The notes under the pieces were generated by a model. It was not told the DNA's origin. It searched no databases and saw nothing but the letters and a program-made list of their open reading frames with translations. A program made the position numbers and the translations under genes. A DNA stretch of 64,000 nucleotides from a virus (taxonomy: Duplodnaviria > Caudoviricetes), in the IMG/VR virus record IMGVR_UViG_3300025915_000014, positions 18,522-82,521 of that record; one strand, written 5' to 3'. Below are positions 35,665 to 44,446 of the stretch, piece after piece (the first letter of the stretch is position 1; each line of letters begins with the position of its first letter).

Positions 35665-36000
35665 ATGAGCGCCAAGTCCCTCGCCGCCAAGGCCACCGTC
35701 CCCACCGTCATCCTCGGCGGTGCGGGCCTCTACCTGATCCACTACATCATCGGGCAGGTGCACTGGGCCGTCGGGCACATGATGGCCCTCATGATCATAC
35801 TGTCGATGCTGGCCGGGGTGGTGATCGTCGTCCGCCGGGCCCGCACCGCCATCCGCGACCTGCACACCGAGGAGGCGCCGCCGCGCGAGCCGCTGCCGCG
35901 ACCCAACCCGGCCATCGACTACGCGCGCATCGTCGAGGAGTGGACGCCGAGCAACATCGACGCCGAGTACGAGCGGGTGATGAAGGCGGCCCGCCGCTGA
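35665..36000 (+). CDS. Two-TM membrane protein
   Basis: TVILGGAGLYLIHYII; MMALMIILSMLAGVVIVV. Confidence 0.7.
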   Translation: MSAKSLAAKATVPTVILGGAGLYLIHYIIGQVHWAVGHMMALMIILSMLAGVVIVVRRARTAIRDLHTEEAPPREPLPRPNPAIDYARIVEEWTPSNIDAEYERVMKAARR

Positions 36001-36014
36001 CCACCGACTCGCAG

Positions 36015-36047
36015 GGGGCCCGGCCGCACGCCACGCGGCCGGGCCCC
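36015..36047. terminator. Hairpin terminator
   Basis: 13-bp stem GGGGCCCGGCCGC/GCGGCCGGGCCCC after 36000. Confidence 0.65.
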
Positions 36048-36083
36048 TTCGGTTCCAGGGTACGAGCCGCGACCATCGCAGGC

Positions 36084-36239
36084 GTGAGGCTCCTGCGCTG
36101 GCTCGGCCGCACCGTGCTGGCGGTGATCTGGCTGGCCGCGTGGTTCGTCTTCCTGACGATCTTCTTCCTGGCGTGGGAGCTGCTGCCCATCTGGTGGCCG
36201 CACGTCCTGCCCTACATCCAGCCGCTGCTACCGCGGTAG
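36084..36239 (+). CDS. Small membrane protein
   Basis: TVLAVIWLAAWFVFLTIFFLAW. Confidence 0.55.
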   Translation: MRLLRWLGRTVLAVIWLAAWFVFLTIFFLAWELLPIWWPHVLPYIQPLLPR

Positions 36240-36296
36240 GCCTTGCTACGGTGGGCGCGCATGCCCACCGCAGGGAGGCAGGGATGGAGGCGGCCG

Positions 36297-36569
36297 ATGC
36301 TGGACGTGTCCGCGTACACCGGGGCGATCTCGATGGGCGCCTGCTACGAAGCCGAGACCGGCGCCACCCTCTCCGTGGAGATTTTCGAGGCCGACCAGCG
36401 GATCCGTGTCGACGCGCAGGTGCTGGGCACGATCCTCTCCGCGGGATCGCCTTGGGCCTCCTTGTCCGCGCGGCTGCTGCGGCTCGACGACGGCACCCGC
36501 ACCGTGATCTACAAGCTCGACGGTTTCGACGAGGAGTCCGGCACCTTCTACTTCTCGTGGGTGGACTGA
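36297..36569 (+). CDS. Hypothetical protein
   Basis: GGAGG RBS, MLDVSAYTG... Confidence 0.55.
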   Translation: MLDVSAYTGAISMGACYEAETGATLSVEIFEADQRIRVDAQVLGTILSAGSPWASLSARLLRLDDGTRTVIYKLDGFDEESGTFYFSWVD

Positions 36570-37057
36570 TGGCTGAGTACGGCCCGGTATGGCGCGTGTA
36601 TCTCGATCACCTGTGGGACAAGTTCGCCTCGACCCCGCACGACCCCACCGGGGAGGAGCTGGCGGTCTCGCTGGCGGAGGTGCGGAAGCTGGAGTTGATC
36701 GTCCCGGCGACCGCGGAGGTGATCGCCGACTCCGAGATGCGGTGGCGCGAACAAACCGCGGCGGAGCGCGCGGACTACGCGGTGCGCGCGGCCGAGCGGC
36801 GCGGGCTGCTGCGGCACCGTCTCGCCCGCCATGAGGAGATCGTCGAAGCGGGCGGCATCGTCGGGAAGGTCGCGGCGATGCACGGCCCCCACTTCGGGTA
36901 CGCCACCGACCATCCGCCGGTGACACCGCGGTACACCACCCCGCACTGCGAGGGCTGCGAGTTCGCCGGGTACGAGGCGGAGGCCCCGGACTGGCCGTGC
37001 GAAACGTGGTGCGTGATCGAGGAGGCGACCCGGGCCCGTGATCCTGGCGTCGTGTAA
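36569..37057 (+). CDS. Hypothetical protein with H..CxxC..WPCxT motif
   Basis: MHGP..HCEGC..DWPCETW. Confidence 0.6.
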   Translation: MAEYGPVWRVYLDHLWDKFASTPHDPTGEELAVSLAEVRKLELIVPATAEVIADSEMRWREQTAAERADYAVRAAERRGLLRHRLARHEEIVEAGGIVGKVAAMHGPHFGYATDHPPVTPRYTTPHCEGCEFAGYEAEAPDWPCETWCVIEEATRARDPGVV

Positions 37058-37227
37058 CGGTGCGCCCGCCGCGCTCGGGCTGGGTCTGTTCCTCGTCGTG
37101 CTGGCGTTGTCGATGCTCGCCTGGATCGTGCTCGACGAGGCCGGGATCGGGTGCGCCGTGCTGCTGCTGCTGATCCTGTTTGTGTTCGTGCATGGCGTGC
37201 TCGGATGCTGACCGCGAGGAGGCCGTG

Positions 37228-37365
37228 ATGTTGGTCGGTTGGGTCGTCGAGGTGCAGCCCGGGTGGGAGGTCCACGTTGCCGCCGAGTTCGACGATGACG
37301 ATGACGCCCTGTCGTTCGCGACCCGCGTCCGGGCGATCTTGGACGCGCTTCGCGAGGAGGAGTGA
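37228..37365 (+). CDS. Small acidic protein
   Basis: RBS GAGGAGG. Confidence 0.5.
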   Translation: MLVGWVVEVQPGWEVHVAAEFDDDDDALSFATRVRAILDALREEE

Positions 37366-37469
37366 TGCCGGGTTGGGTGTGGCTGCTGATCGGGATCGTG
37401 CTCGGCGGGGTCGGGGTGATGATCTGGGGCTTCGTCTGGGTGCTGCGCAACAACCCGTGGGGGCAGTGA
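37365..37469 (+). CDS. 34-aa membrane peptide
   Basis: MPGWVWLLIGIVLGGVGVMIWGFVWVLRNNPWGQ; TGATG overlaps both sides. Confidence 0.5.
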   Translation: MPGWVWLLIGIVLGGVGVMIWGFVWVLRNNPWGQ

Positions 37470-37645
37470 TGAGCCGCCGCTTCCCCCACCAGATGATCTG
37501 CCCCGACTGTGATCTGCTGGTGTTCGGCAACCGGCACACCGGCATGCTGCGGGCCCACCGGCGGCAGGCCATCGACGCCGGGCGACCGCACGCGGCGTGC
37601 GTGAAGCGCGAGCGGCTGGTCCGCAACTTCCGGCGCGGCCGATGA
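37469..37645 (+). CDS. Small Cys/His protein
   Basis: CPDC..H..C. Confidence 0.5.
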   Translation: MSRRFPHQMICPDCDLLVFGNRHTGMLRAHRRQAIDAGRPHAACVKRERLVRNFRRGR

Positions 37646-37691
37646 CCCGCCGGATCCGCCGGGTGGCGTGGCGCCGGGAGTGGATCACCCG

Positions 37692-37874
37692 ATGATCGTC
37701 GAGGAGTGGAAGATCACACTGATGGACGGCACGACCGAGGAGGTCACTGGTGAGCTGCGGATCAATGACGGTGTCCTGTGGATCACAGACCGGAACCCGG
37801 GTTACAACATCATCCATGGTCAGGTGGCCTATCCGCTCACGTCGGTGGTGAAGTGGGAAAAGATCACCCGATGA
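37692..37874 (+). CDS. Small beta-rich hypothetical protein
   Basis: MIVEEWKITLMDGTTEEVTG. Confidence 0.55.
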   Translation: MIVEEWKITLMDGTTEEVTGELRINDGVLWITDRNPGYNIIHGQVAYPLTSVVKWEKITR

Positions 37875-38051
37875 TTTCTAGTGGATCTGGCAGCAGGTTG
37901 GATCGGCACATGGCCGAGGCACATCACCGGTGACCGGGCTCGCCGTGTTCTCCGTCGGCATCGCCGCCGTCGCGCTCGTGTTCATCTGGTACCGCGACGA
38001 GCTGATCTCCACCGCGCGGACCGCCGCCCGCATGATCCGAAGGAGACGAGG

Positions 38052-38486
38052 ATGAGCCGCCGCCAGGCCAGCATCGCGTTGCGCCGCCCCTGCCTGCTGT
38101 CGGTGGAGACGTCGCACCCCCGCTACGCCGAGCGCGACCCATCCGGATACAAGATCGTGCTCACCGTCGACACGGGCTACGGCTGAATTGAGAACGACTA
38201 CGGCGGGCCGGTCTGGCACGTCTCGGTTTCGGCCCGTGTGCCCTACGTGGGCCGCACGATGTGCGAGGGGCGGGCGCTGGCCGCGCTCCTCGGGTTGGGC
38301 GCCGTGCGGGCCGGTGAGTGGCGCGAGTGGACGGGCGTTGCGTTCCACATCCGCCGCCGGTTGGCCGTGGGGGAGGCCCGCGGGCTGGAGATCCGCGATA
38401 TCCGCGGCACCGACGAAGCGCGGCGGCGGGCCCTCGCGATGGGCCCCCTGATGTTCGAGATGGCGAAGCGGATCGGAGAGGTGTGA
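38052..38486 (+). pseudogene. 144-codon frame interrupted by in-frame TGA at 38184-38186
   Basis: ...VDTGYG*IENDYGGPVWHVSVS...GEWREWTGVAFHIRRRL continues in frame. Confidence 0.55.
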
Positions 38487-38575
38487 GCCTCCTCAAGGCG
38501 TGCGCGTTGATCGCCGTGTGGGCGGTGTGCGTGGTGGTGTTGGTCGGCGCCCTGGTGTTGGCCGCGGTGCGGTAG
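38483..38575 (+). CDS. Small membrane peptide
   Basis: GTGA overlap; hydrophobic. Confidence 0.45.
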   Translation: MSLLKACALIAVWAVCVVVLVGALVLAAVR

Positions 38576-38583
38576 AAGACGCG

Positions 38584-38609
38584 GCAGCCCCCGCCGTGGC
38601 GGGGGCTGC
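38584..38609. terminator. Hairpin between convergent genes
   Basis: GCAGCCCCCGCC-GT-GGCGGGGGCTGC. Confidence 0.7.
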
Positions 38610-38619
38610 GCGGGCCCGG

Positions 38620-38994
38620 TCAGAAGGCGGCCAGGAAGGCGGCTGGGTCGAGGAACCGCTTGAAGGTGCGCAGGGTGTCCAGGGCGGCGCGGCGGGTCTG
38701 CTCCTGTACGGCCATGTCGACCAGGGCGGAGCCGCGGGAGGTGTCGCTGAGCACGCGGGCCAGGGCGTCGCCCAGGGCCTCGGCCCCACCCTTGCGGGCG
38801 ACCCGCAGGAACCGGAGGGTGGCCTCGGCCTGCAAGCCGTCCTCGGCGCTCCACCGCAGGAAGTCGCTGACGGGGCGGGCGGCGAAGGAGTCGCGGGCGG
38901 CGTCGAGGGTGCGCTGGGTGGTGCGCTCGGTGAAGTCCACGGTGAGGGCGAAGTCGTCGGTGGTGGTGGGGGCGGTGGCGGCGGTCGTTGTCAT
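38620..38994 (-). CDS. Hypothetical helical protein, leaderless
   Basis: 124 aa, ATG 6 nt after -10. Confidence 0.7.
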   Translation of the reverse strand: MTTTAATAPTTTDDFALTVDFTERTTQRTLDAARDSFAARPVSDFLRWSAEDGLQAEATLRFLRVARKGGAEALGDALARVLSDTSRGSALVDMAVQEQTRRAALDTLRTFKRFLDPAAFLAAF

Positions 38995-39000
38995 ACCTCA

Positions 39001-39029
39001 ACGTTGCGCGCCGGGCGCGCAGACTTCAA
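39001..39029 (-). promoter_or_regulatory. Promoter with operator (39006-39020)
   Basis: TTGAAG-17nt-CAACGT-6nt-ATG. Confidence 0.8.
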
Positions 39030-39068
39030 GATGTTCGAGCAAGATTCTTCTCGCCCCCCGACAACACG

Positions 39069-39104
39069 GGCCGGGCCCTCGTCGCGTCTAACGAGGGCCC
39101 GGCC
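39069..39104. terminator. Hairpin terminator
   Basis: 13-bp stem GGCCGGGCCCTCG/CGAGGGCCCGGCC. Confidence 0.6.
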
Positions 39105-39141
39105 GCGGGGTGCCTACCACTAGGCAGGTGCAGGCTACCCG

Positions 39142-39351
39142 TCAGATGCCGGTCAGCAGGTCGGTGGTCATCCAGGACTCCGCCGGGCGGCCGAAGTGCT
39201 GCTCGGTCCACTCGACGAACGCCTGCCCGGTCTTGGTCGCGCGCACCTGCCCGGTCCGGCCGCTGATGTTGTGGGTGACCCGCTGGCCAACGGTGGGGGT
39301 CCAGATCGGTCCGTGTCCGGGGCAGGCGGTGGGGGTGGCGGTTGCGCTCAT
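39142..39351 (-). CDS. Small SH3/KOW-like protein, leaderless
   Basis: VGQRVTHNISGRTGQV..AFVEW. Confidence 0.6.
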   Translation of the reverse strand: MSATATPTACPGHGPIWTPTVGQRVTHNISGRTGQVRATKTGQAFVEWTEQHFGRPAESWMTTDLLTGI

Positions 39352-39357
39352 GACAAC

Positions 39358-39386
39358 AGCTTGCGCGCCGGGCGCGCGCGCTTCAA
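39358..39386 (-). promoter_or_regulatory. Promoter with operator (39363-39377)
   Basis: TTGAAG-17nt-CAAGCT-6nt-ATG. Confidence 0.8.
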
Positions 39387-39406
39387 GGAGTTCCGAGCAA
39401 GATTCT

Positions 39407-39592
39407 TCATTCCTCGGTGGGCTGCTCCTCGCCCTCGATGACGAGGGCCTGGATCCAGGCGGGCAGCTCCTCGAACGTGTCGCACCCGTCCGCCTCGTTG
39501 CCCAGCCGTTCCCGCTTCGCCAGCGGCAGCCGCCCGACGGGGAGCATGTGCAGCGCGAACGCGATGCGTGCCGACAACTCGGGGGTCATCAC
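39407..39592 (-). CDS. Small acidic protein, candidate immunity partner
   Basis: Start overlaps stop of ART-like gene. Confidence 0.55.
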   Translation of the reverse strand: MMTPELSARIAFALHMLPVGRLPLAKRERLGNEADGCDTFEELPAWIQALVIEGEEQPTEE

Positions 39593-40344
39593 GCCGCCTC
39601 CTGCACAACCAGCGCGGTCCGATTGAAGACCACGTAGTACTTATCGAGGTTCAGCGCGTCATAGCCGAGCAGCGTCGCCACCTTCCCCGGATCATCGCCC
39701 ACCATCGCCTTGACCTCGTCGGGCAGATCCTTGGTCGCCGCCCGCAGGTCCGCGTACTCGGCGATGCGCGCATCCGGTTTGAGCGCCATGGACAGCACGC
39801 CGCTCTCGTCGCTGTGGGCGTACTCGATCGCATTCGACTTCTCGACGTCGGTGTAGATGCCGTTGCCGAACAGGCCCAGCCCGGCGAACGCCTCGTCGCC
39901 GCTGCGGAAGCCCTCGGCGAACTCCGCGCCCGTGGTGCCCGCGTCGGCGTGCAGTCCGCGGTACACCCGGATGTGATCGTCGCCGAGCGCGTTGAAGTCG
40001 GCGGCGGACACCACGGTCGGCTTCCCGTCGAAGCCCTGCTGGCGCCACATCTCGGCGAGGCGGGGATCGCTGCGGTTCTCCTCGCGCGGATGCTCCATGA
40101 CCTTTGCGATGTCGGCGCCGGTCCAGTGTGCGGCGCTGGTCCGCCCGGCCGCGTGGTAGTGCCCGCCGACACCGCTGAAGCCGACGTCGGTCCACTGCCC
40201 GTGCGGATCACGCGGCTGGTGGGGATTGAACTCGGGCCTACCGCGGCCGATGGGGCGGTCGCTGATCGCCGCGTACTGGGCGCGGATGCGTTCCCGACGC
40301 GCCCACAGTGCCCGCAGGTCCGCCAAGGTTGCCGGGGTTGTCAT
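39589..40344 (-). CDS. Putative ADP-ribosyltransferase-fold protein
   Basis: FNPHQPRDPHGQW N-terminal motif; VYRG..FGNGIYT..AIEYA..GYDAL..VVFNRTAL. Confidence 0.55.
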   Translation of the reverse strand: MTTPATLADLRALWARRERIRAQYAAISDRPIGRGRPEFNPHQPRDPHGQWTDVGFSGVGGHYHAAGRTSAAHWTGADIAKVMEHPREENRSDPRLAEMWRQQGFDGKPTVVSAADFNALGDDHIRVYRGLHADAGTTGAEFAEGFRSGDEAFAGLGLFGNGIYTDVEKSNAIEYAHSDESGVLSMALKPDARIAEYADLRAATKDLPDEVKAMVGDDPGKVATLLGYDALNLDKYYVVFNRTALVVQEAA

Positions 40345-40366
40345 CGCCGCCGTCCTCCCCACTCAG

Positions 40367-41941
40367 TCACTCGATGTCGAGCGCTCCCTCATCGTCATCC
40401 CCGGCCGGATCCGGCAGGTCGATCTGCTCATCGAGCTGGTTACGGGCCGCCGCCGCCCGACCATCCCCCTTCACGAAGATCAGCACCGTCTGGTGGGTGT
40501 GCACCGCCTTCCGCGACGCCGTGAACTGCCGGTTCGCCGCCATCGCCGCCGAGCCCACCATGTTGACCAAGATGTGCTCGGCGTAGAAGTCCAGCCCCAG
40601 CTTCCCCATGACCCCGATGGTGTCCGGTACGAAGCCGTAGTAGGCGCCGTGCCCCCGCCTCGACCTGACCTCCCCGACCGTGAGCACCGCGAACGAATCA
40701 TCGGCGAGCATCGCCACCGCCGCCGCGAGACACGCCCGGAAGCCCTTGAGGAACGCCGGATACGCCATCGTCGACAGGTCCGCCGGATCGTCCGAGTACA
40801 CCTCCAGGTCCGCGTACGGCGGGCACGTGAACAGCAGGTCCGCGCGCGGCGGCGCCGGGTCGAAGTTGCCGCGCAGATCCCGCGAGTCCCCGCCCACCCA
40901 GACCGGCGGCGGCGCGTCCCCCGCCAGATGACCACCGGCGCCGATGGTCGCCCATTGGGCGTGGTTGGCCTCCACCTGCTCCGCGCGCAGCTCGCCCCCG
41001 AAGTAGCGGCGGCCCAGCGCGGCGGCCACCACCCCGCGCACGCTGCCGCCCGCGAACGGGTCGATGACCACCCCGCCGGGCGGGCAGTACCAGCGGTACA
41101 CCAGCTCGCACAACACCGGGTCGAAGATGCTGGTGCCCGACGTGATCGCCGAATCCGGGGCGTCGTAGTAGCGGCGCACATACTCCGCCGTCCCCAGCTC
41201 CCGCCCGAGCTCGGCCTCCTTCGCGGTCTTCTTGTCGTAGAAGTCGGGGTCGCGGCGCTCCGCGGAGTTGAAGACGATGCCGCGCCCGTCCTCGGTGCCC
41301 CGCCCCACCTCGGATGTGATGCCCAGCGCCAGCCACGACTTCTTCCGGGCCTGCCAGTAGCCCTGCCGGGTGTCGAGCACCGTGAACGGCGGCACCCCGA
41401 ACCGCTCCTGAAGGTTCACCGGCTCCGCCCGCGGTGAGCCCGTGCCGTCGCCCCAGTCCTCGCCGCCGAGCCGTTCCAGCTCCGCGGACAGGTCCGCGAG
41501 ATCGTCGGTGGTATAGCCGATGATGTCCACCAGCTCGGCGTCCGCCTTCGCCACCGCCTCCAGGATGGCGACCAGCCCGCCCGGGTCGTCCCAGCCCCCG
41601 ATCTCCGACAGCCGGTTGAGCGCCACCAGGGCGGCTTCGGCGTCCACATCCGAGCGGGACGCCCAGCCGCGGGTGACCGGCCAGTACCAGTCCTCCCCGC
41701 GTAGCTCGACACCCTCCGGCGGGGACTGGCCCGCCTCCATCATCGCGATCAGCCCGTCGAGGCGGCCGTGCCCGGCGACCAACCTGCCGGTGCGCTCGTC
41801 CAGCACGCCGGGGTCCATGAAGCCGAACCGGTCCATGGCGCGCTCGATGCGGTCGCCGTCGTGGCCCTTCGGGTTGCGGGGCGCCCGCACCATCGACTTG
41901 ATCGACATGTATTCGGTGCGGAGCAGCAGCGGGGTCGACAT
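40367..41941 (-). CDS. ParB-like N-terminal domain fused to DNA amino-methyltransferase
   Basis: RNPKGH..FGFMDP..VAGHGRL; DPFAGGSVRG (motif I); FTCPPY (motif IV). Confidence 0.85.
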   Translation of the reverse strand: MSTPLLLRTEYMSIKSMVRAPRNPKGHDGDRIERAMDRFGFMDPGVLDERTGRLVAGHGRLDGLIAMMEAGQSPPEGVELRGEDWYWPVTRGWASRSDVDAEAALVALNRLSEIGGWDDPGGLVAILEAVAKADAELVDIIGYTTDDLADLSAELERLGGEDWGDGTGSPRAEPVNLQERFGVPPFTVLDTRQGYWQARKKSWLALGITSEVGRGTEDGRGIVFNSAERRDPDFYDKKTAKEAELGRELGTAEYVRRYYDAPDSAITSGTSIFDPVLCELVYRWYCPPGGVVIDPFAGGSVRGVVAAALGRRYFGGELRAEQVEANHAQWATIGAGGHLAGDAPPPVWVGGDSRDLRGNFDPAPPRADLLFTCPPYADLEVYSDDPADLSTMAYPAFLKGFRACLAAAVAMLADDSFAVLTVGEVRSRRGHGAYYGFVPDTIGVMGKLGLDFYAEHILVNMVGSAAMAANRQFTASRKAVHTHQTVLIFVKGDGRAAAARNQLDEQIDLPDPAGDDDEGALDIE

Positions 41942-42019
41942 CCGCCCACCTCAGCACGCCCCCGGATACACACCGGTAGCCGCGGCCCGGCGTGTCTCCC
42001 CGGGTGCGACCATGCGGCC

Positions 42020-42181
42020 GTGCCGTTCTACTCCAAGGCCCAGTGGCGCTGGGCCTTCGCGAACCACAAGAGCTGGGCGCACAAGTCCGCCCACCACACC
42101 AAGGGCGGCCCCAAGGTGCGCTACCGGCGGCTGCCGCGACGTTCGGCCCGCAGCGGCGGCCGTGGCCGACGTCGCCGCTAG
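42020..42181 (+). CDS. Small basic protein
   Basis: VPFYSKAQWRWAFAN..., Arg-rich tail. Confidence 0.55.
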   Translation: MPFYSKAQWRWAFANHKSWAHKSAHHTKGGPKVRYRRLPRRSARSGGRGRRRR

Positions 42182-42323
42182 CCGTGCGCACCGGCCTGGA
42201 CGAACCCCCCGCCCGACAGCGGGCGCTCGACCGTTTGCTGCCCGCCCCGCTGATGCTCGGGTTCCTGATCTTCGCGTTGCGCGTCGTCGACCTGGTGATC
42301 AAAGCCCGGGTTACCCTCCGCGC

Positions 42324-42866
42324 GTGCCGTTCGACCCACCCGCCGCCCCCATTGCGGTCGCCCGGGTCGACGACACCACCTGGCGATTGCTGAGCCCTAT
42401 CACCTACTACGGCAGCAGCGAGGCGTGGTCTGTCCCGTCTGGATTCCTCACCGACTTCGCCTCCGCCCCGCGAGTCACCGCGTGGCTCGTGCCCCGGACC
42501 GGCGCCTACACCGCCGCGGCGGTCGTGCACGACTGGCTCTGCTCCGTCGCGGTCGTCGAGGGCTGGATCTCCCCGTCCGATGCCGACGGGGTGTTCAGGC
42601 GGATCCTCGGCGAGCAAGGTGTCCGCCCCGTTCTGCGCTGGTGCATGTGGAGCGGAGTCAGATGGGGAGCGCTGCTCAATCGCACCCGCCGCCCGGGCTG
42701 GTGGCACGACGCCCCGAAGGTGATCCTGGTGTCGCTGGTGGCGGCACCGCTGCTCCTCCCCGCCGGGATCGGGGTCGGGTTCGGCTGGCTCTGCTACCGG
42801 ATCGCTGAGTGGTTGGGGTCGGCGATCGCGGAGTTCCGGCAGGACAAGGAGGACCGGCATGGCTAA
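42324..42866 (+). CDS. DUF1353-like protein
   Basis: GFLTDFASAPR..AAVVHDWLC..ADGVF..VRWG. Confidence 0.75.
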   Translation: MPFDPPAAPIAVARVDDTTWRLLSPITYYGSSEAWSVPSGFLTDFASAPRVTAWLVPRTGAYTAAAVVHDWLCSVAVVEGWISPSDADGVFRRILGEQGVRPVLRWCMWSGVRWGALLNRTRRPGWWHDAPKVILVSLVAAPLLLPAGIGVGFGWLCYRIAEWLGSAIAEFRQDKEDRHG

Positions 42867-43026
42867 GCCGCGGTTAGGCAGCGGGAAGCGGTTCGCCGCG
42901 CTGCGCCGGAAGGGTCTCAGCCCGGCATTGGCTGCGCACATCGGCCGGAAGAAGCACGGGGCCGCGAAGATGGCGAAGATGTCCGCGGCCGGGCGGAAGC
43001 GGGCCGCGCGGCGCCGCAAGGGGTAG
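42859..43026 (+). CDS. Small Lys/Arg-rich protein
   Basis: MAKPRLGSGKRFAAL..IGRKKHG; RBS AGGAGG. Confidence 0.65.
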   Translation: MAKPRLGSGKRFAALRRKGLSPALAAHIGRKKHGAAKMAKMSAAGRKRAARRRKG

Positions 43027-43091
43027 CGCTCGCTGCTCGGGGCGCGCGTCGTAACCTCCGGCGTGGCCTGCATGCCGCAAAGATCCTTCGC

Positions 43092-43289
43092 ATGGGCGAG
43101 GAGATCCGGTGGATGACCATTCCGGACATTGCGAGGTGCTGTCGCGTCTCGCCGAGAACGGTGGAGGGTTGGCGGCTCCGCGGCAAGGGCCCGCCGTTCT
43201 TCCGGGTCGTGGGGCGCGTGGTGTGCGACCGTCGGGACTTCGAGATATGGCTGGAGGGGTGCCGACGACGCGACGACGACGCTGAGTAA
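43092..43289 (+). CDS. Excisionase/AlpA-like HTH DNA-binding protein
   Basis: MTIPDIARCCRVSPRTVEGWRLRGKGPPFFRVVGRV. Confidence 0.8.
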   Translation: MGEEIRWMTIPDIARCCRVSPRTVEGWRLRGKGPPFFRVVGRVVCDRRDFEIWLEGCRRRDDDAE

Positions 43290-43309
43290 CACCGACGTTG
43301 GACGGAGCT

Positions 43310-43443
43310 GCGTAGTGCCGCGTAGCGCTGCGTAGTGATTATCAACAACTAGCTTTCACCGGCTATAACCAGACCGCACCCGATGTCACCGAGCGTCACG
43401 ATCCCCGGAGCGGGTCGGCGTAGCGGCGCGTATCGCCGCGTAG
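43310..43443 (+). repeat. Two triplets of GCGTA(G/T) at exact 10-bp period
   Basis: Copies at 43310/43320/43330 and 43418/43428/43438. Confidence 0.8.
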
Positions 43444-43513
43444 CTGACCTGCGACATTGTCGGTGGGGGGGTGTAGCGTCCGGGTTCGCGATCACCAGCC
43501 GTAACTGTTCGAG

Positions 43514-43542
43514 CGACCCGGGGGCCGGAATCCCCCGGGTCG
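43514..43542. other. Perfect 11-bp stem-loop
   Basis: CGACCCGGGGG-CCGGAAT-CCCCCGGGTCG. Confidence 0.6.
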
Positions 43543-43566
43543 TCACCCGAAACATTGGAGGGACCA

Positions 43567-44388
43567 ATGTCCTTGAAGAGCGTAGATGACCCTGATCCTG
43601 GGAGCATTCAGAAGCAAGCCCAGACCGCCCACCAGCTACGCGCCGCCCGACAGCTACGCGCCACCCCGCAGCGGGCCACTCGTCGCCGCTGCCCGAAGTG
43701 CGGCGTATTCCTGGCGCTCACCCAGCACGGCCGGATGTGGGAGCACCCGCGGCCCATCGGGAGCTGCCCCGGACGCGAATCTGTCGACCACGCGCACCGC
43801 AAGGACATGATCCAAGATGCCGCGCGGGCAGTCGGCGGATGCCAGGCCGAGCAGGAGGTGCAAGATCGGGTCGCCAACCGATGGCAAGGCGACGTCGTGG
43901 TCATGCGCCCGGACGGACGGCTCATCGATTTCGAGCCGCAGGTCTCGGATATCACCGCCCGCGACGCGGACGACCGTCGGCGGCGCATCGAGAGTTCGCG
44001 GGTCGAGCTGTGCTGGGTGATCTCGCGAGAGTGGTCGGGGTTGGCCGGGCATCCCCGCGTACTCACCGACGAGACTCCGCCGTACGTGGTGCGCAAGCAC
44101 GTCGATCTGTTCGACGGGAAGTGGTGGGGCCACGAGCCGAAGTGTGATCTTTCCGGGTTCGTGGCCCGCCTCTGCCTCGACGAGCTGCGGTGGCTGGACA
44201 ATCGGCCGTTCGGGATGGGCCCTGCGTGGGTGTCCGCGGCGGACATGATGCGCGCGCTACAGCTCGCAACCCTGGACGCGGGCATGGCTACGCAGCTCCA
44301 ACTCGATCTGGGCTTAGGTCCGTCATGGGCGGAGGTCTACGAGCTGCACTACGAGTGGATGGAGCACGAGCGACGGAAGGATCGCTAG
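43567..44388 (+). CDS. CoiA-like PD-(D/E)xK nuclease with Zn-finger
   Basis: CPKC..H..C; EQEV..WQGDV..DFEPQVS..R..CWV; RBS GGAGG. Confidence 0.55.
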   Translation: MSLKSVDDPDPGSIQKQAQTAHQLRAARQLRATPQRATRRRCPKCGVFLALTQHGRMWEHPRPIGSCPGRESVDHAHRKDMIQDAARAVGGCQAEQEVQDRVANRWQGDVVVMRPDGRLIDFEPQVSDITARDADDRRRRIESSRVELCWVISREWSGLAGHPRVLTDETPPYVVRKHVDLFDGKWWGHEPKCDLSGFVARLCLDELRWLDNRPFGMGPAWVSAADMMRALQLATLDAGMATQLQLDLGLGPSWAEVYELHYEWMEHERRKDR

Positions 44389-44446
44389 GCCGCGCGGCCT
44401 AGCGGGTTGCGCGGTAGGGGGTGGAGCGCCCCCTGGTACAGACGGC

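Noticed and set aside
38184-38186. Selenocysteine decoding of the in-frame TGA
   Set aside because: No convincing SECIS-like hairpin right after the codon and no redox motif; nonsense or error is more parsimonious
43290-43560. Possible tRNA or structured ncRNA
   Set aside because: No cloverleaf, TTCGA-type T-loop with acceptor stem or CCA end found; only repeats and one hairpin
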